Shown: one piece after another, positions 10,500-20,151 of the stretch
Position numbering within the stretch: position 1 is the first letter of the stretch
Layout: each line of letters opens with the position of its first letter
Assembly (NCBI RefSeq): GCF_047638095.1
Contig: NZ_JBLJBW010000003.1
Span: forward strand, 15,899-79,898
Source: Azonexus sp.
GTDB taxonomy: Bacteria > Pseudomonadota > Gammaproteobacteria > Burkholderiales > Rhodocyclaceae
Reading direction: 5' to 3'
DNA: 64,000 bases
Translations under genes and position numbers: made by a program
Notes under the pieces: generated by a model
Database searches by the model: none
Told to the model about the DNA's origin: nothing
Seen by the model: only the letters and a program-made list of their open reading frames with translations

Positions 10500-11024
10500 A
10501 CTGAATTTCCTTTTTTCCGTGGTTATGGCGGCTGGCGTTCGAGTTCAGGGGCTGATGCAGCTTGCCGTGGCAGAACTTTTTAACGGGCTTGGGCATCTTT
10601 GCCAAGGCAATAGATGAGCGGCTCGACATGGCGCGGCGTTTTGCTACAGGTTTGCGGGCTGAGCTCGTGACAGGGCTTTGAGCGCCGCGCAAGGTGGCTG
10701 AATCTTACGACGAGGCGCGCGGATTGTCATTACGGGCTCTTTGGAGGACGGTGCGCCAAGACTGTCTTTTGTGTCTGTCGGTGGCCAACGCTTGCCGCCG
10801 GAAAAAAACAAGAGAATCTCACCCAGTGATGAAAGCGTAATTGGGCTACGATTGAAGCCGAGATGGTGATCGGATCGTGATCGAGGGAAGTGTCCAATGA
10901 TTGATTCGGGGCCGCGACCGTGAAGCGCGCTGCGATCTGAAACCATTGCTGAACACGCCGGGTTTGGTTTTTCTGAAAACTGTTTTTTGTGCTCAGTCTG
11001 GAAACAAACGCCATAGGAGGCAGC

Positions 11025-11795
11025 ATGAACTATTTTTATTGTTTACTCGGTTTTTTCTTCATCGCGACTTCGGCGGGGGCGCAAACGATGGAGATTCCAA
11101 CTCGGCCTGGTGTCGTCCAAAAGCTGCTCGTATCGAACACCCCGGGTGCCAAAGCAAGCCTGATCTTGTTCCCCGGCGGCCACGGTGGGTTGCAGCTCTA
11201 TGCCAACGGATCGATGAAGTGGGGCGACAACAACTTTCTCGTGCGCACGCGCCAGAATTTTGTAGACCAAGGCTTCAACGTTATCATTCTTGACGCTCCA
11301 TCCGACAGGCAGTCGCCACCGTTTCTGCAAGGCTTTCGGCAGCGGCCGGAACATGTGGCAGACATCAAGGCCGTCATTGCCTGGGTGCGCGAGACGAGCA
11401 AGCTTCCCGTTTGGCTGGTGGGCACGAGTCGCGGAACGCAATCTGTGGCCTACATCGCGACCGAACTGACAGGCCCGGAAGGCCCGGATGGAATAGTCCT
11501 TACCGCTTCCATCCTCGCCGATGACAAGAGTCGTTCCGTGTTGGCGATGCCGTTAGGAAAGATCCATATCCCTGCCTTGATCGTTCATCATGAGCAGGAT
11601 GGGTGTGAGCACTGCCCGTTTGCTCTTGCCCCGCAGGTCATGGATGGGCTCAGAAACGCCCCGCGCAAGGAATTGCTCGCGGTCACCGGGGGCAGCAGCA
11701 GTGGCGACGCCTGTAAACCAGCTGCGTATCACGGATTTAACGGCATAGAACAAGATGTCGTGCAGAAAATTGGCGCTTGGCTTGTGAACAAATAA
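11025..11795 (+). CDS. Secreted alpha/beta-hydrolase-fold protein
   Basis: GGAGG RBS; signal peptide MNYFYCLLGFFFIATSAGAQT; nucleophile elbow GTSRG; C-terminal HHEQDG..H block. Confidence 0.75.
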   Translation: MNYFYCLLGFFFIATSAGAQTMEIPTRPGVVQKLLVSNTPGAKASLILFPGGHGGLQLYANGSMKWGDNNFLVRTRQNFVDQGFNVIILDAPSDRQSPPFLQGFRQRPEHVADIKAVIAWVRETSKLPVWLVGTSRGTQSVAYIATELTGPEGPDGIVLTASILADDKSRSVLAMPLGKIHIPALIVHHEQDGCEHCPFALAPQVMDGLRNAPRKELLAVTGGSSSGDACKPAAYHGFNGIEQDVVQKIGAWLVNK

Positions 11796-11980
11796 GCGAG
11801 GAGCGACGCCGACCTCTTAGCTGCGCGAGGTGAGGGCAGGCAGGATCGGCCGCTGCTGCAGGCCACGTCCCTGATGCTATGCCGCTTTGGGCAGACGCAG
11901 CGCGCAGAGGGCGAGCGGCTTGTGGCAGAATGCCCGCTGATTTTAATCTTCAATCGACGGGCATTTTTCAGGGGGCGGCT

Positions 11981-12634
11981 ATGCGCTTGGTGTTCCGTAA
12001 ATGGGGTTGGCGGGCTTTGTTGCTGGCAGGTTTTGTTTTGCCGGGTGCTGCGGCGCAGGCGCAGGAGGTCGGGCTGGCTGGCATCATGGGCAGCAAGGCG
12101 TTGTTGATGATCAACGGTGCGCCGCCCAAGGTAGTTACGGTGGGTACGAGCATCGACGGGATCAAGCTGGTGTCGGTGCAGGGGGATCAGGTGGTGGTCG
12201 AGATCGCCGGGCGTAAACGGCCTTTGCGGGTGGGGCAACATGCGGTGGGGCTGGCTTCTGATGGCGGCAACAAAGTGATTTTGACGGCCGACGGGCAGGG
12301 GCATTTCGTGACTACAGGTACGGTGAATGGGACTTCGGTGCGGTTTTTGGTGGATACCGGGGCGAGCATGATTTCTCTCGGGGCGAGTGACGCGCGGCGC
12401 ATGGGGTTGGATCCGAGCAAGGGGCGGCAAGGGATTTCGCAAACGGCCAACGGGCAGACCCAGATCAGCATCGTCAAGCTCGATCAGGTGCGTGTCGGCG
12501 GCATTGTGCTGCATCAGGTGGATGCGGCGATTCACTCGACCGACATGCCGGTGGCGCTGTTGGGTATGAGTTTTTTGAATCGCATGGAGATGCAGCGTGA
12601 CGGTGCCACCATGACCTTGAAGAAACGCTTCTAA
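11981..12634 (+). CDS. Retropepsin-like clan-AA aspartic protease (TIGR02281-type) with an N-terminal signal/anchor
   Basis: FLVDTGAS active-site motif and the LLGMSFL flap-like motif; start set at MRLVFRKWGWRALLLAG. Confidence 0.8.
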   Translation: MRLVFRKWGWRALLLAGFVLPGAAAQAQEVGLAGIMGSKALLMINGAPPKVVTVGTSIDGIKLVSVQGDQVVVEIAGRKRPLRVGQHAVGLASDGGNKVILTADGQGHFVTTGTVNGTSVRFLVDTGASMISLGASDARRMGLDPSKGRQGISQTANGQTQISIVKLDQVRVGGIVLHQVDAAIHSTDMPVALLGMSFLNRMEMQRDGATMTLKKRF

Positions 12635-12638
12635 GCGC

Positions 12639-13229
12639 GTGTCTCCAAGCTTCGAACAACTGCGGCGCAGCCTCTTGCCGGAGCCGTCATCGGCAGAGCA
12701 GGTGGTGGAGGACGGGGGCGCGGGCATTGTCCAGCCGACCCCGGCGGCGGTGCTTTTTCCCATCGTGCAGCGGGCAGAGGGGTACACCGTACTGCTCACG
12801 CAGCGCACCGACCATTTGCGCGACCACGCCGGGCAAATCAGTTTTCCCGGCGGGCGGGTGGATGCGGAGGATGTTTCGCCGCAGGCGACGGCGCTGCGCG
12901 AAACCGAGGAAGAGATCGGCCTGGCCCGTCAGCATATCGAAATTTGTGGTTATCTCCCGCAATACCATACGGGCACGGGCTTTGTGGTGACGCCGGTGGT
13001 GGGTTTGATAAAGCCGCCTTTTACCGTGCGGCCGGACCCTTTCGAGGTGGCGGAAATTTTTGAGGTGCCGCTGGCTTTTTTACTCGACCCGGCCAATCAT
13101 CAGCGTCATTCCATTTTTTTGCGCGGGGCGCTGCGCCATTATTACGCCATGCCCTATGGTCGGCATTTCATTTGGGGGGCCACTGCGGGGATGATCCATT
13201 CTTTGTCGCAAAGGCTTGTGGTATCTTGA
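12639..13229 (+). CDS. NUDIX hydrolase, CoA pyrophosphatase type
   Basis: GTG start; Nudix box FPGGRVD..ALRETEEEIGL; upstream LLTQR motif typical of CoA pyrophosphatases. Confidence 0.85.
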   Translation: MSPSFEQLRRSLLPEPSSAEQVVEDGGAGIVQPTPAAVLFPIVQRAEGYTVLLTQRTDHLRDHAGQISFPGGRVDAEDVSPQATALRETEEEIGLARQHIEICGYLPQYHTGTGFVVTPVVGLIKPPFTVRPDPFEVAEIFEVPLAFLLDPANHQRHSIFLRGALRHYYAMPYGRHFIWGATAGMIHSLSQRLVVS

Positions 13230-13269
13230 TGCGCTCTGATTTCTCGCGCGCTGCCACCGCTGTTTTTGC

Positions 13270-14193
13270 ATGAAACTTTTTGCCTTGATCGCCGTGTTTT
13301 TGCTGGAGCAATATCGGCCGCTGGCGTATTGGCAGATCGTTGGCGACCCTTTGCAGCGCTGGGCGGATTTCATTGCCCAGCGTTTTAACGCCGGGCTGCG
13401 CCGCCACGGTATGGCGGCGTGGTGGGTGGCTGTGTTTTTGCCTAGCCTAGGGCTGGCCTTGCTTTATTTTGCGCTGGATGCGCTGAATGTTTTTTTGGGA
13501 TTTTTGCTGACGGCCGGCGTGCTTTATCTGGGCATGGGTTTTCGTCAGTTCAGCCACCATTTCAGCGCGATTCAACTGGCTTTGCGCCTGGGTGACCTCG
13601 AACGGGCGCGCCAGGCGCTGGCCGAGTGGCAAGGCCGCGGGCGGCAGGCGCTGAGCGCCGAAGAAATTGCTGCCGAAGCCATACAAACTGCACTGCTGGC
13701 GGCGCATCGGCATGTGTTTGCGGTGCTCTTGTGCTTATTGATTTTTCCGGGGCCATCCGGCGTTTTGCTTTACCGTTTGGCGCAGATCGTGTGCGAACGT
13801 TGGGGGCGTTTGGCACCGGAAGACGGTGAATTTGCCCGTTTTTCCCAGCGTGCTTTTGCCTGTCTCGACTGGCTGCCGCAACGGGCAACCGCCACTGCCT
13901 TTGCCATTGTCGGCAACTTTGAGGATGCCTTGCATTGCTGGCGTCAGCAGGCTTCTGGTGCGTTCATCCGGGTCGATTCGGCGATTGTTCTGGCCAGCGG
14001 GGCAGGGGCATTGGGGGTGCGTTTGCAAGGCGATTATTTTGCCGAGGGCGAGGCCTCGGCGGCGATTGAGTTCGGCGTCGGCGAACCGGCCGACCCCGAT
14101 ACTTTGCAGCGCGCCGTCGGTTTGGTTTGGCGGGCGACGGTGTTATGGGTTATTTTGCTTCTTTTGCTGGGGCTTGCCGCGTTGGTGGGCTGA
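13270..14193 (+). CDS. CobD/CbiB-family / AmpE-like membrane protein
   Basis: 307-aa multi-TM protein with N-terminus MKLFALIAVFLLEQYRPL, resembling AmpE/CobD-family proteins. Confidence 0.6.
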   Translation: MKLFALIAVFLLEQYRPLAYWQIVGDPLQRWADFIAQRFNAGLRRHGMAAWWVAVFLPSLGLALLYFALDALNVFLGFLLTAGVLYLGMGFRQFSHHFSAIQLALRLGDLERARQALAEWQGRGRQALSAEEIAAEAIQTALLAAHRHVFAVLLCLLIFPGPSGVLLYRLAQIVCERWGRLAPEDGEFARFSQRAFACLDWLPQRATATAFAIVGNFEDALHCWRQQASGAFIRVDSAIVLASGAGALGVRLQGDYFAEGEASAAIEFGVGEPADPDTLQRAVGLVWRATVLWVILLLLLGLAALVG

Positions 14194-14217
14194 TTGGTTT
14201 CTTTGAGGAGGTTGTTC

Positions 14218-15399
14218 ATGACTAGAGAAGTTGTTGTTCTGAGTGCAGTGCGTTCCGCGATCGGTGCATTTGGTGGTGCTTTGTCGGAGATGGAGCCGGC
14301 CGAACTCGCCGGCACCGTGATGAAGGAAGCGGTCAGCCGCTCTGGCGTCGATCCGCAGCAAATCAACTACGTCACCGTTGGCAACTGCATCCCGACCGAT
14401 TCGCGCTACGCCTATGTGCCGCGCGTGGCTTCGATTCAGGCCGGCCTGCCGATGGATTCGGTGGCCATGCAGGTGAATCGCCTGTGTTCTTCCGGCCTGC
14501 AAGGCATCGTCACCACGGCGCAGCAGATCATGCTGGGTGATTGCGACTACGGCATCGGTGGCGGCGTCGAAGTCATGTCGCGCGGCGGTTATCTGCTGCC
14601 GGCCTTGCGTTCCGGCGCACGCATGGGCGACAGCAAAGCCATCGACATGATGGTCGCCGTGCTGACCGACCCGTTTGGTGTCGGCCACATGGGCATCACC
14701 GCTGAAAATCTTGCCGCCAAGTGGGGCATCAGCCGCGAAGAGCAGGACGCCTGCGCGCTGGAATCCCAGCGTCGCGCCGCTGCTGCGCAAGCTGCCGGGC
14801 ATTTCAAATCGCAGATCGTGCCCATCGTCAAGCAAACCCGCAAGGGCGAGGTGGTGTTCGATGCCGATGAGCATCTGAAGCCTGCGACCACCCTGGAGTC
14901 GCTCGCCAAGATGAAACCGGCCTTCAAGAAGGACGGTACGGTCACTGCCGGCAACGCTTCCGGCATCAACGACGGCGCGGCTTTCTTCGTGCTTGCCGCC
15001 GCCGATCTGGCGGCCAAGGCCGGGCAGAAGCCCTTGGCGCGTCTGGTCTCCTACGCCGTGGCCGGTGTGCCGAACGACGTGATGGGCGAAGGCCCGATTC
15101 CAGCAACCAAGCTGGCGCTGAAAAAAGCCGGTCTGACGCTCGATCAGATGGATGTCATTGAATCGAACGAAGCCTTTGCCGCACAAGCCATCGCCGTGTC
15201 CAAGGGCCTGGGCCTCGATCCGGTCAAGACCAATCCGAACGGCGGCGCCATCGCGCTCGGCCATCCGGTCGGCTGCTCCGGCGCTTTCATTGCCACCAAG
15301 GCGGTGTACGAGCTGCAGCGCACGGGCGGTAAGTACGCTCTGGTGACCATGTGCATCGGCGGCGGGCAAGGTATCGCCTGCGTTTTCGAGCGTATGTAA
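14218..15399 (+). CDS. Acetyl-CoA C-acyltransferase (thiolase)
   Basis: GGAGG RBS; thiolase signatures NRLCSSGLQ, NEAFAAQ and GHPVGCSG with a CIGGGQG C-terminus. Confidence 0.93.
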   Translation: MTREVVVLSAVRSAIGAFGGALSEMEPAELAGTVMKEAVSRSGVDPQQINYVTVGNCIPTDSRYAYVPRVASIQAGLPMDSVAMQVNRLCSSGLQGIVTTAQQIMLGDCDYGIGGGVEVMSRGGYLLPALRSGARMGDSKAIDMMVAVLTDPFGVGHMGITAENLAAKWGISREEQDACALESQRRAAAAQAAGHFKSQIVPIVKQTRKGEVVFDADEHLKPATTLESLAKMKPAFKKDGTVTAGNASGINDGAAFFVLAAADLAAKAGQKPLARLVSYAVAGVPNDVMGEGPIPATKLALKKAGLTLDQMDVIESNEAFAAQAIAVSKGLGLDPVKTNPNGGAIALGHPVGCSGAFIATKAVYELQRTGGKYALVTMCIGGGQGIACVFERM

Positions 15400-15416
15400 G
15401 CACTCGGTTTGTAGAA

Positions 15417-15451
15417 ATAAAAACCCGCTGCAGCAGTGTGGCGGGTTTTTT
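15417..15451 (+). terminator. Rho-independent terminator after the thiolase gene
   Basis: aaaaacccgc ... gcgggtttttt hairpin followed by a T-run. Confidence 0.75.
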
Positions 15452-15540
15452 ATGGCGGTTTTTAGTGCCCTGGCCGTCTGGGTTTCATTTACATCAATCC
15501 TTTCAGTTACAATCCCCCCGTTATTTTTGAGCCGATTTTC

Positions 15541-16419
15541 ATGATTACCGGATCCATTGTCGCCATTGTTACCCCCATGCACGCGGACGGCAGCCTTGAT
15601 CTTGCCGCCCTGCGCCGTTTGGTCGATTTTCATGTGCAAGAAGGCAGCGATGCCCTCGTTGTTGTTGGTACCACGGGCGAATCGCCCACGGTCGATGTCG
15701 AAGAACACTGCACCCTGATCAAAACCACGGTGGAACATGCCGCCGGGCGCATTCCGGTGATCGCCGGCACGGGCGCGAATTCCACGGCGGAAGCCATCGA
15801 GCTGACCCAGTTTGCCAAAACTGCGGGTGCCGATATGGCACTGTCGGTGGTGCCCTATTACAACAAACCGACGCAAGAGGGCCTGTATCGCCACTTCCGC
15901 ACCATCGCCGAAGCGGTCGATTTGCCGGTGCTCTTGTACAACGTGCCGGGGCGCACCGTGGCCGACATGAGTAACGACACCATTTTGCGTTTGGCGCAGG
16001 TGCCGGGCATCGTCGGGGTGAAAGATGCTACTGGCAACATGGATCGCGCTTACGACCTGATCCAGCGTGCCCCCAAGGATTTTGCCCTGTACAGCGGCGA
16101 TGATCTCACCTGTGTTTTGTCGATTCTGTTTGGCTTCCACGGCAATATCTCGGTTACCGCCAACGTGGCACCGCGTCTGATGCACGAGATGTGTCTTGCC
16201 GCTGCCGCCGGCGAAGTTGCCAAGGCGCGCGAGTTGCATTTCCGCCTCTTGGGGCTGCACCGCGATTTGTTCTGCGAAGCCAATCCGATTCCCGTGAAAT
16301 GGGCCGTGCAGCAAATGGGGCTGATGGAAGAAGGCGTTCGCCTGCCGCTCACGCCTTTGAGTGAAGGAAATCAAGCGCGCGTGCTGGCGGCGATGCGCCA
16401 GGCGGGCATTGCGGTATAA
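15541..16419 (+). CDS. dapA: 4-hydroxy-tetrahydrodipicolinate synthase
   Basis: [13 protein letters not shown].., GTTGES motif, 292 aa; followed by bamC as in many proteobacteria. Confidence 0.95.
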   Translation: MITGSIVAIVTPMHADGSLDLAALRRLVDFHVQEGSDALVVVGTTGESPTVDVEEHCTLIKTTVEHAAGRIPVIAGTGANSTAEAIELTQFAKTAGADMALSVVPYYNKPTQEGLYRHFRTIAEAVDLPVLLYNVPGRTVADMSNDTILRLAQVPGIVGVKDATGNMDRAYDLIQRAPKDFALYSGDDLTCVLSILFGFHGNISVTANVAPRLMHEMCLAAAAGEVAKARELHFRLLGLHRDLFCEANPIPVKWAVQQMGLMEEGVRLPLTPLSEGNQARVLAAMRQAGIAV

Positions 16420-16536
16420 ATCAGGCATGTTTCAATCGACGCACACCATCGTGCAAAACAGCCTGGGAAAGCCTAGCCCCTTTTCAGGCATGTTTATCCC
16501 CCGAAAGGGGAGGTTTCCAACCGGAGTTAGTCTTTG

Positions 16537-17679
16537 ATGAATGTACAAAACCGTCGTCTGCCCGGGCTGACACTTTGCCTGTTGGCCGTAGCCGTGGCCG
16601 GTTGTAGCGGCAACATCATCCCGGAAGGGCGCAAGATAGAATACAAATCGGCCGGCAAAATTCCCACTCTGGAAGTGCCGCCGGATCTCTCCAGCCTGCA
16701 AAAAGACGACCGCTATCTGGTGCCTGATGATGCTGGGCGCGGTTCGGCAACTTTCTCCGCCTATGCCGCAGAGCGCGCTCCGGGTGCGCAAGCGGGGCAA
16801 ACGAGCTTGTTGCCGCAGGTCGACAAAATTCGTGTCGAGCGCTCCGGAAATCAGCGCTGGCTGGTCGCCGCCATGCCGCCGGAAGCGCTCTGGGAAACGA
16901 TCAAGGAGTTCTGGCAGGAAACCGGGTTTATTGTGAATGTGGAGCGCCCTGAAGCCGGTGTCATGGAAACTGATTGGGCCGAAGACCGGGCCAAGATTCC
17001 TTCTGACATTATCCGTAATACGCTGGGCCGCATTATCGATTCCCTGTATTCAACCGGCGAGCGCGACAAATTCCGCACTCGCCTGGAGCCGGGTGCGGTC
17101 GCCGGGACGACAGAAATTTACATCAGCCACCGTGCTATGGAAGAGGTGTATACCTCGACGGCGCAAGAAGATACGCGCTGGCAGCCGCGTGCCGCCGATC
17201 CGGAGCTGGAAGCAGAAATGCTGCGCCGCCTGATGGTGCGTTTGGGGGCAGAGGAAAAACGTGCCGAGGCTGCCTTGGCAACACAAAAAACCCCTGAGCG
17301 CGCGCGTTTAGGCAGCGCGGCAGACGGTAGCGGCAAGTTGGAAGTGTTTGACCGCTTTGATCGCGCTTGGCAGCGCGTCGGCCTGGCGCTCGATCGCATC
17401 GGCTTTACCGTTGAAGATCGCGACCGTTCGCGCGGCTTGTATTTCGTGCGCTACGTCGATCCAGATAAAGATAATGCCAGCAAGAAAAAAGACGGCTGGT
17501 TGTCCAAGCTCAATTTCTGGAGTGCCGACAAGCCGGTCGATACACGCGGCCAATATCGGATTTTCCTTGACACAGCGGGCAGCAATACAGCGGTGCAGGT
17601 GCTGACCAACGAAGGTGGCGTCGATCGTTCAGATACGGCGAAGCGTATTTTGGGCTTGTTGCAGCAAGAACTCCGCTGA
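16537..17679 (+). CDS. bamC: Outer-membrane protein assembly factor BamC (lipoprotein)
   Basis: Lipobox LAVAVAGCSG; conserved position downstream of dapA; BamC-like length. Confidence 0.8.
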   Translation: MNVQNRRLPGLTLCLLAVAVAGCSGNIIPEGRKIEYKSAGKIPTLEVPPDLSSLQKDDRYLVPDDAGRGSATFSAYAAERAPGAQAGQTSLLPQVDKIRVERSGNQRWLVAAMPPEALWETIKEFWQETGFIVNVERPEAGVMETDWAEDRAKIPSDIIRNTLGRIIDSLYSTGERDKFRTRLEPGAVAGTTEIYISHRAMEEVYTSTAQEDTRWQPRAADPELEAEMLRRLMVRLGAEEKRAEAALATQKTPERARLGSAADGSGKLEVFDRFDRAWQRVGLALDRIGFTVEDRDRSRGLYFVRYVDPDKDNASKKKDGWLSKLNFWSADKPVDTRGQYRIFLDTAGSNTAVQVLTNEGGVDRSDTAKRILGLLQQELR

Positions 17680-17708
17680 AGTGCCGCGCTATTTTTCTGA
17701 TCGTTGTG

Positions 17709-17736
17709 AAAAAACCGGGCATGTTCCCGGTTTTTT
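17709..17736. terminator. Rho-independent terminator after bamC (aaaaaaccggg-catgtt-cccggtttttt)
   Basis: Perfect hairpin flanked by an A-run and a T-run. Confidence 0.8.
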
Positions 17737-17803
17737 GTTGCTGGGCAAAGCTCGTAAAAAGCAACTCCCAGAAAACCGGGCGTAAAAAAACCGGGCGTAA
17801 AAA

Positions 17804-17823
17804 AACGGGACCGTAGTCCCGTT
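17804..17823 (-). terminator. Rho-independent terminator of the repeat-lipoprotein gene
   Basis: On the minus strand: aacgggac-tacg-gtcccgtt followed by ttttttt. Confidence 0.7.
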
Positions 17824-17845
17824 TTCTTCGCTGGAGGTAAGAAGA

Positions 17846-18121
17846 TTACTTCTTCTCTTCAGCGGCCGGAGCGGCTTGTTCAGCAGCCGGAGCAGCTTGC
17901 TCGGCGGCCGGAGCGGCTTCGCCTTCAGCAGCCGGAGCGGCTTCGCCTTCAGCGGCCGGAGCAGCTTGTTCAGCAGCCGGAGCAGCTTGTTCGGCCGGAG
18001 CAGCAGCCGGAGCAGCTTGTTCAACCGGGGCCGGCGGCGGAGCAACCGGTTCTTCCTTCTTACCGCAGGCGCTCAGAGCGACGGCAAACAGGGCAGCGAA
18101 GAGAATAGACAGCTTGTTCAT
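17846..18121 (-). CDS. Small lipoprotein with a low-complexity Ala/Pro/Glu repeat tail
   Basis: Signal peptide plus lipobox MNKLSILFAALFAVALSAC, then repeats AAPAAEQ / AAPAAEGE. Confidence 0.7.
   Translation of the reverse strand: MNKLSILFAALFAVALSACGKKEEPVAPPPAPVEQAAPAAAPAEQAAPAAEQAAPAAEGEAAPAAEGEAAPAAEQAAPAAEQAAPAAEEKK
17861..18025. repeat. Imperfect tandem 21-24-bp repeats (gccggagc[ag]gctt...) inside the lipoprotein gene
   Basis: cagcagccggagcagcttg[tc]t recurs at 17881, 17971 and 18001, and cttcgccttcagc[ag]gccggagcgg occurs twice in tandem at 17917-17940 and 17941-17964. Confidence 0.8.
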
Positions 18122-18268
18122 GAGATTTCCTTATCGACAAGAAACAACTACAAAGAGATTACACAATCCGATTCGGTGTTGGGCCGGTCAGCAAGCGCCG
18201 ATCCGGCCGCGATTATAGCGAAAAATCGTGTTGCGGTGCAGCGTGATACGCTGTTGTCACGAAAATTG

Positions 18269-18745
18269 TCATAAACCCAAGGTGGAATGCAACAGGTTTT
18301 TTCCTGATTCTTGCCAGATTTCGTCGAAACGCTGTTGGTAGGGCAAAATTTCCTCTGCGCTGTTTTCGATCAATACGCTGCGTGGGAGCATTTTTTCGAA
18401 GCGGATCAAGGCATGTTCGCCGTCGATGATAAAAATGGCATCGCGCAATTCAGAGAGCGCACGCGGCGTTTGCCGCACCTGTACGCGCTGTGACCAGGTT
18501 TGTAACATTTGGTAAAGGCGCGGCGCTTGCGTTAGAAAATGCTGCCCTTCGCGCAACACGATATGCAGCGCAGCGCTGTTGTCGCGGGTCAGGAAGGCGT
18601 TCAGGACGTCAAGTCGTTGTGCATTTTCCCAGCGCAAATTGGCGAGATCGCCGTCAAAAACGTAAAGGCTGCGCGTGCAGCGTGCCAATAAGGCATCTGC
18701 CGCATCCAGATAGTCAGCCCAAGTGTTGATTAAGGTGCGCGCCAT
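18269..18745 (-). CDS. Conserved hypothetical protein (158 aa)
   Basis: Clean ORF divergent from rlmD; no motif recognised. Confidence 0.55.
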   Translation of the reverse strand: MARTLINTWADYLDAADALLARCTRSLYVFDGDLANLRWENAQRLDVLNAFLTRDNSAALHIVLREGQHFLTQAPRLYQMLQTWSQRVQVRQTPRALSELRDAIFIIDGEHALIRFEKMLPRSVLIENSAEEILPYQQRFDEIWQESGKNLLHSTLGL

Positions 18746-18798
18746 GTGGCGGACTATAACTGAATTGATAGAATTCGCGTTTTTTCTCGGAGCGGGCT

Positions 18799-20097
18799 GT
18801 GCCGACCGGAATTATTGAATCCTTGGATCATGAGGCGCGGGGGATTACGCGGCGCGATGGCAAAACTATTTTTGTCGATGCGGCTTTGCCCGGTGAAGAA
18901 GTTGAGTACGCCAGTTTTCGCCAGAAATCCAGGTACGAATTGGCGCATCTGGTGCAGGTGTTGCGTGCGTCACCGGCGCGAGTGACGCCAAAGTGTCCGC
19001 ATTTTGGTGTGTGTGGTGGTTGTGCGATGCAGCATATGGAGGCTGGGGCGCAACTGGCGGCAAAACAACGCGTGCTCGAAGACAGTTTGTGGCACATCGG
19101 CCGGGTGCGCCCGGCGCAGATTTTGCCGCCGGTGCAGGGGCCTTCCTGGGGATACCGCCACCGGGCACGCTTGGGGGTGCGCAAACTGGCTGCGCAAGAC
19201 ACCATGCTGATTGGTTTTCACGAATGGCGCAGCAGCTATATCGCAGACATTCGTGAGTGCCATGTGATGCCGCCGCCGGTATCGGCCTTGTTGATGCCTT
19301 TACGCGCCTTGTTGGGCGGCTTGAGTATCGCGGAGCGCCTGCCGCAGATCGAAGTTGCCGTGGGAGAAAGATGTACGGCACTGGTTTTGCGCATTTTGCA
19401 AAAATTGAGCAAGCAAGACGAGGCGGCTTTGCGTGCCTTTGCGGACCAGCATCAGGTGGTGTTTTATCTGCAGCCCAAGGGCCCTGAGACGGCCGAGCGT
19501 TTTTACCCTTTGCCTGGGCCGCCGCTCACTTATGTGCTGCCAGAATTCGATCTGGAATTCGCTTTTCGTCCGACCGATTTCACTCAGGTCAATCACGCCA
19601 TGAATCGGGTGCTGCTGCGTCGCGCCGTGCAGTTGCTCGATCCGCAGCCCGGTGAGCGGATCGCCGATATGTTTTGCGGTTTGGGTAATTTCACCTTGCC
19701 CATCGCGCGCCGTGGGGCGCAGGTCTTGGGCGTGGAAGGCAGTTCCGCATTGCTCGAGCGTGCGCGGGAGGCGGCACGCCAGCATGGGCTGGATGGACAG
19801 GTGAAATTTGTCGGCGCGAATTTGTTTGCCTGCAGTGAAAGCTGGCTTGCGGGTTTGGGGGCGTTCGACAAAATGTTGATCGATCCGCCGCGCGAAGGCG
19901 CGCTTGAATTGTGCAAGGCACTGGGGCATCAGGCGGCGCAACGTCTGGTCTATGTTTCTTGCAACCCGGCGACACTGGCGCGCGATGCTGGCGTATTGTG
20001 TGCGCTCAAAGGCTACCGTTTGCAGGCGGCGGGGGTTATCAACATGTTTGCGCACACGGCGCACGTCGAGTCGATCGCTTTGTTCGAGCGGGCATGA
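18799..20097 (+). CDS. rlmD: 23S rRNA (uracil1939-C5)-methyltransferase RlmD/RumA
   Basis: GTG start; TRAM domain N-terminus; Fe-S cysteines [10 protein letters not shown]; SAM motif [12 protein letters not shown]; catalytic [11 protein letters not shown]. Confidence 0.92.
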   Translation: MPTGIIESLDHEARGITRRDGKTIFVDAALPGEEVEYASFRQKSRYELAHLVQVLRASPARVTPKCPHFGVCGGCAMQHMEAGAQLAAKQRVLEDSLWHIGRVRPAQILPPVQGPSWGYRHRARLGVRKLAAQDTMLIGFHEWRSSYIADIRECHVMPPPVSALLMPLRALLGGLSIAERLPQIEVAVGERCTALVLRILQKLSKQDEAALRAFADQHQVVFYLQPKGPETAERFYPLPGPPLTYVLPEFDLEFAFRPTDFTQVNHAMNRVLLRRAVQLLDPQPGERIADMFCGLGNFTLPIARRGAQVLGVEGSSALLERAREAARQHGLDGQVKFVGANLFACSESWLAGLGAFDKMLIDPPREGALELCKALGHQAAQRLVYVSCNPATLARDAGVLCALKGYRLQAAGVINMFAHTAHVESIALFERA

Positions 20098-20099
20098 AA

Positions 20100-20125
20100 A
20101 ACGGCCGGTGCTGACACCGGCCGTT
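20100..20125. terminator. Bidirectional hairpin terminator between convergent rlmD and the BI-1 gene
   Basis: aacggccggtg-ctga-caccggccgtt with a preceding A-run. Confidence 0.7.
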
Positions 20126-20151
20126 GCGCTCGCGTGTGACGGCAAAATGCT

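Noticed and set aside
14143-16428. 761-aa minus-strand ORF spanning the thiolase gene, an intergenic terminator and dapA
   Set aside because: It is antisense to two genes with unmistakable enzyme motifs, and its translation is Arg/Gly/Ala/His-rich with no motifs. This is the typical stop-codon-poor antisense frame of high-GC, GC3-biased coding DNA.
17770-17800. Short direct repeats (aaccgggcgtaaaaaa x2) considered as a mini CRISPR or repeat array
   Set aside because: There are only two 15-16-bp copies with no spacer structure and no cas genes. It is best explained as a local duplication next to terminators.
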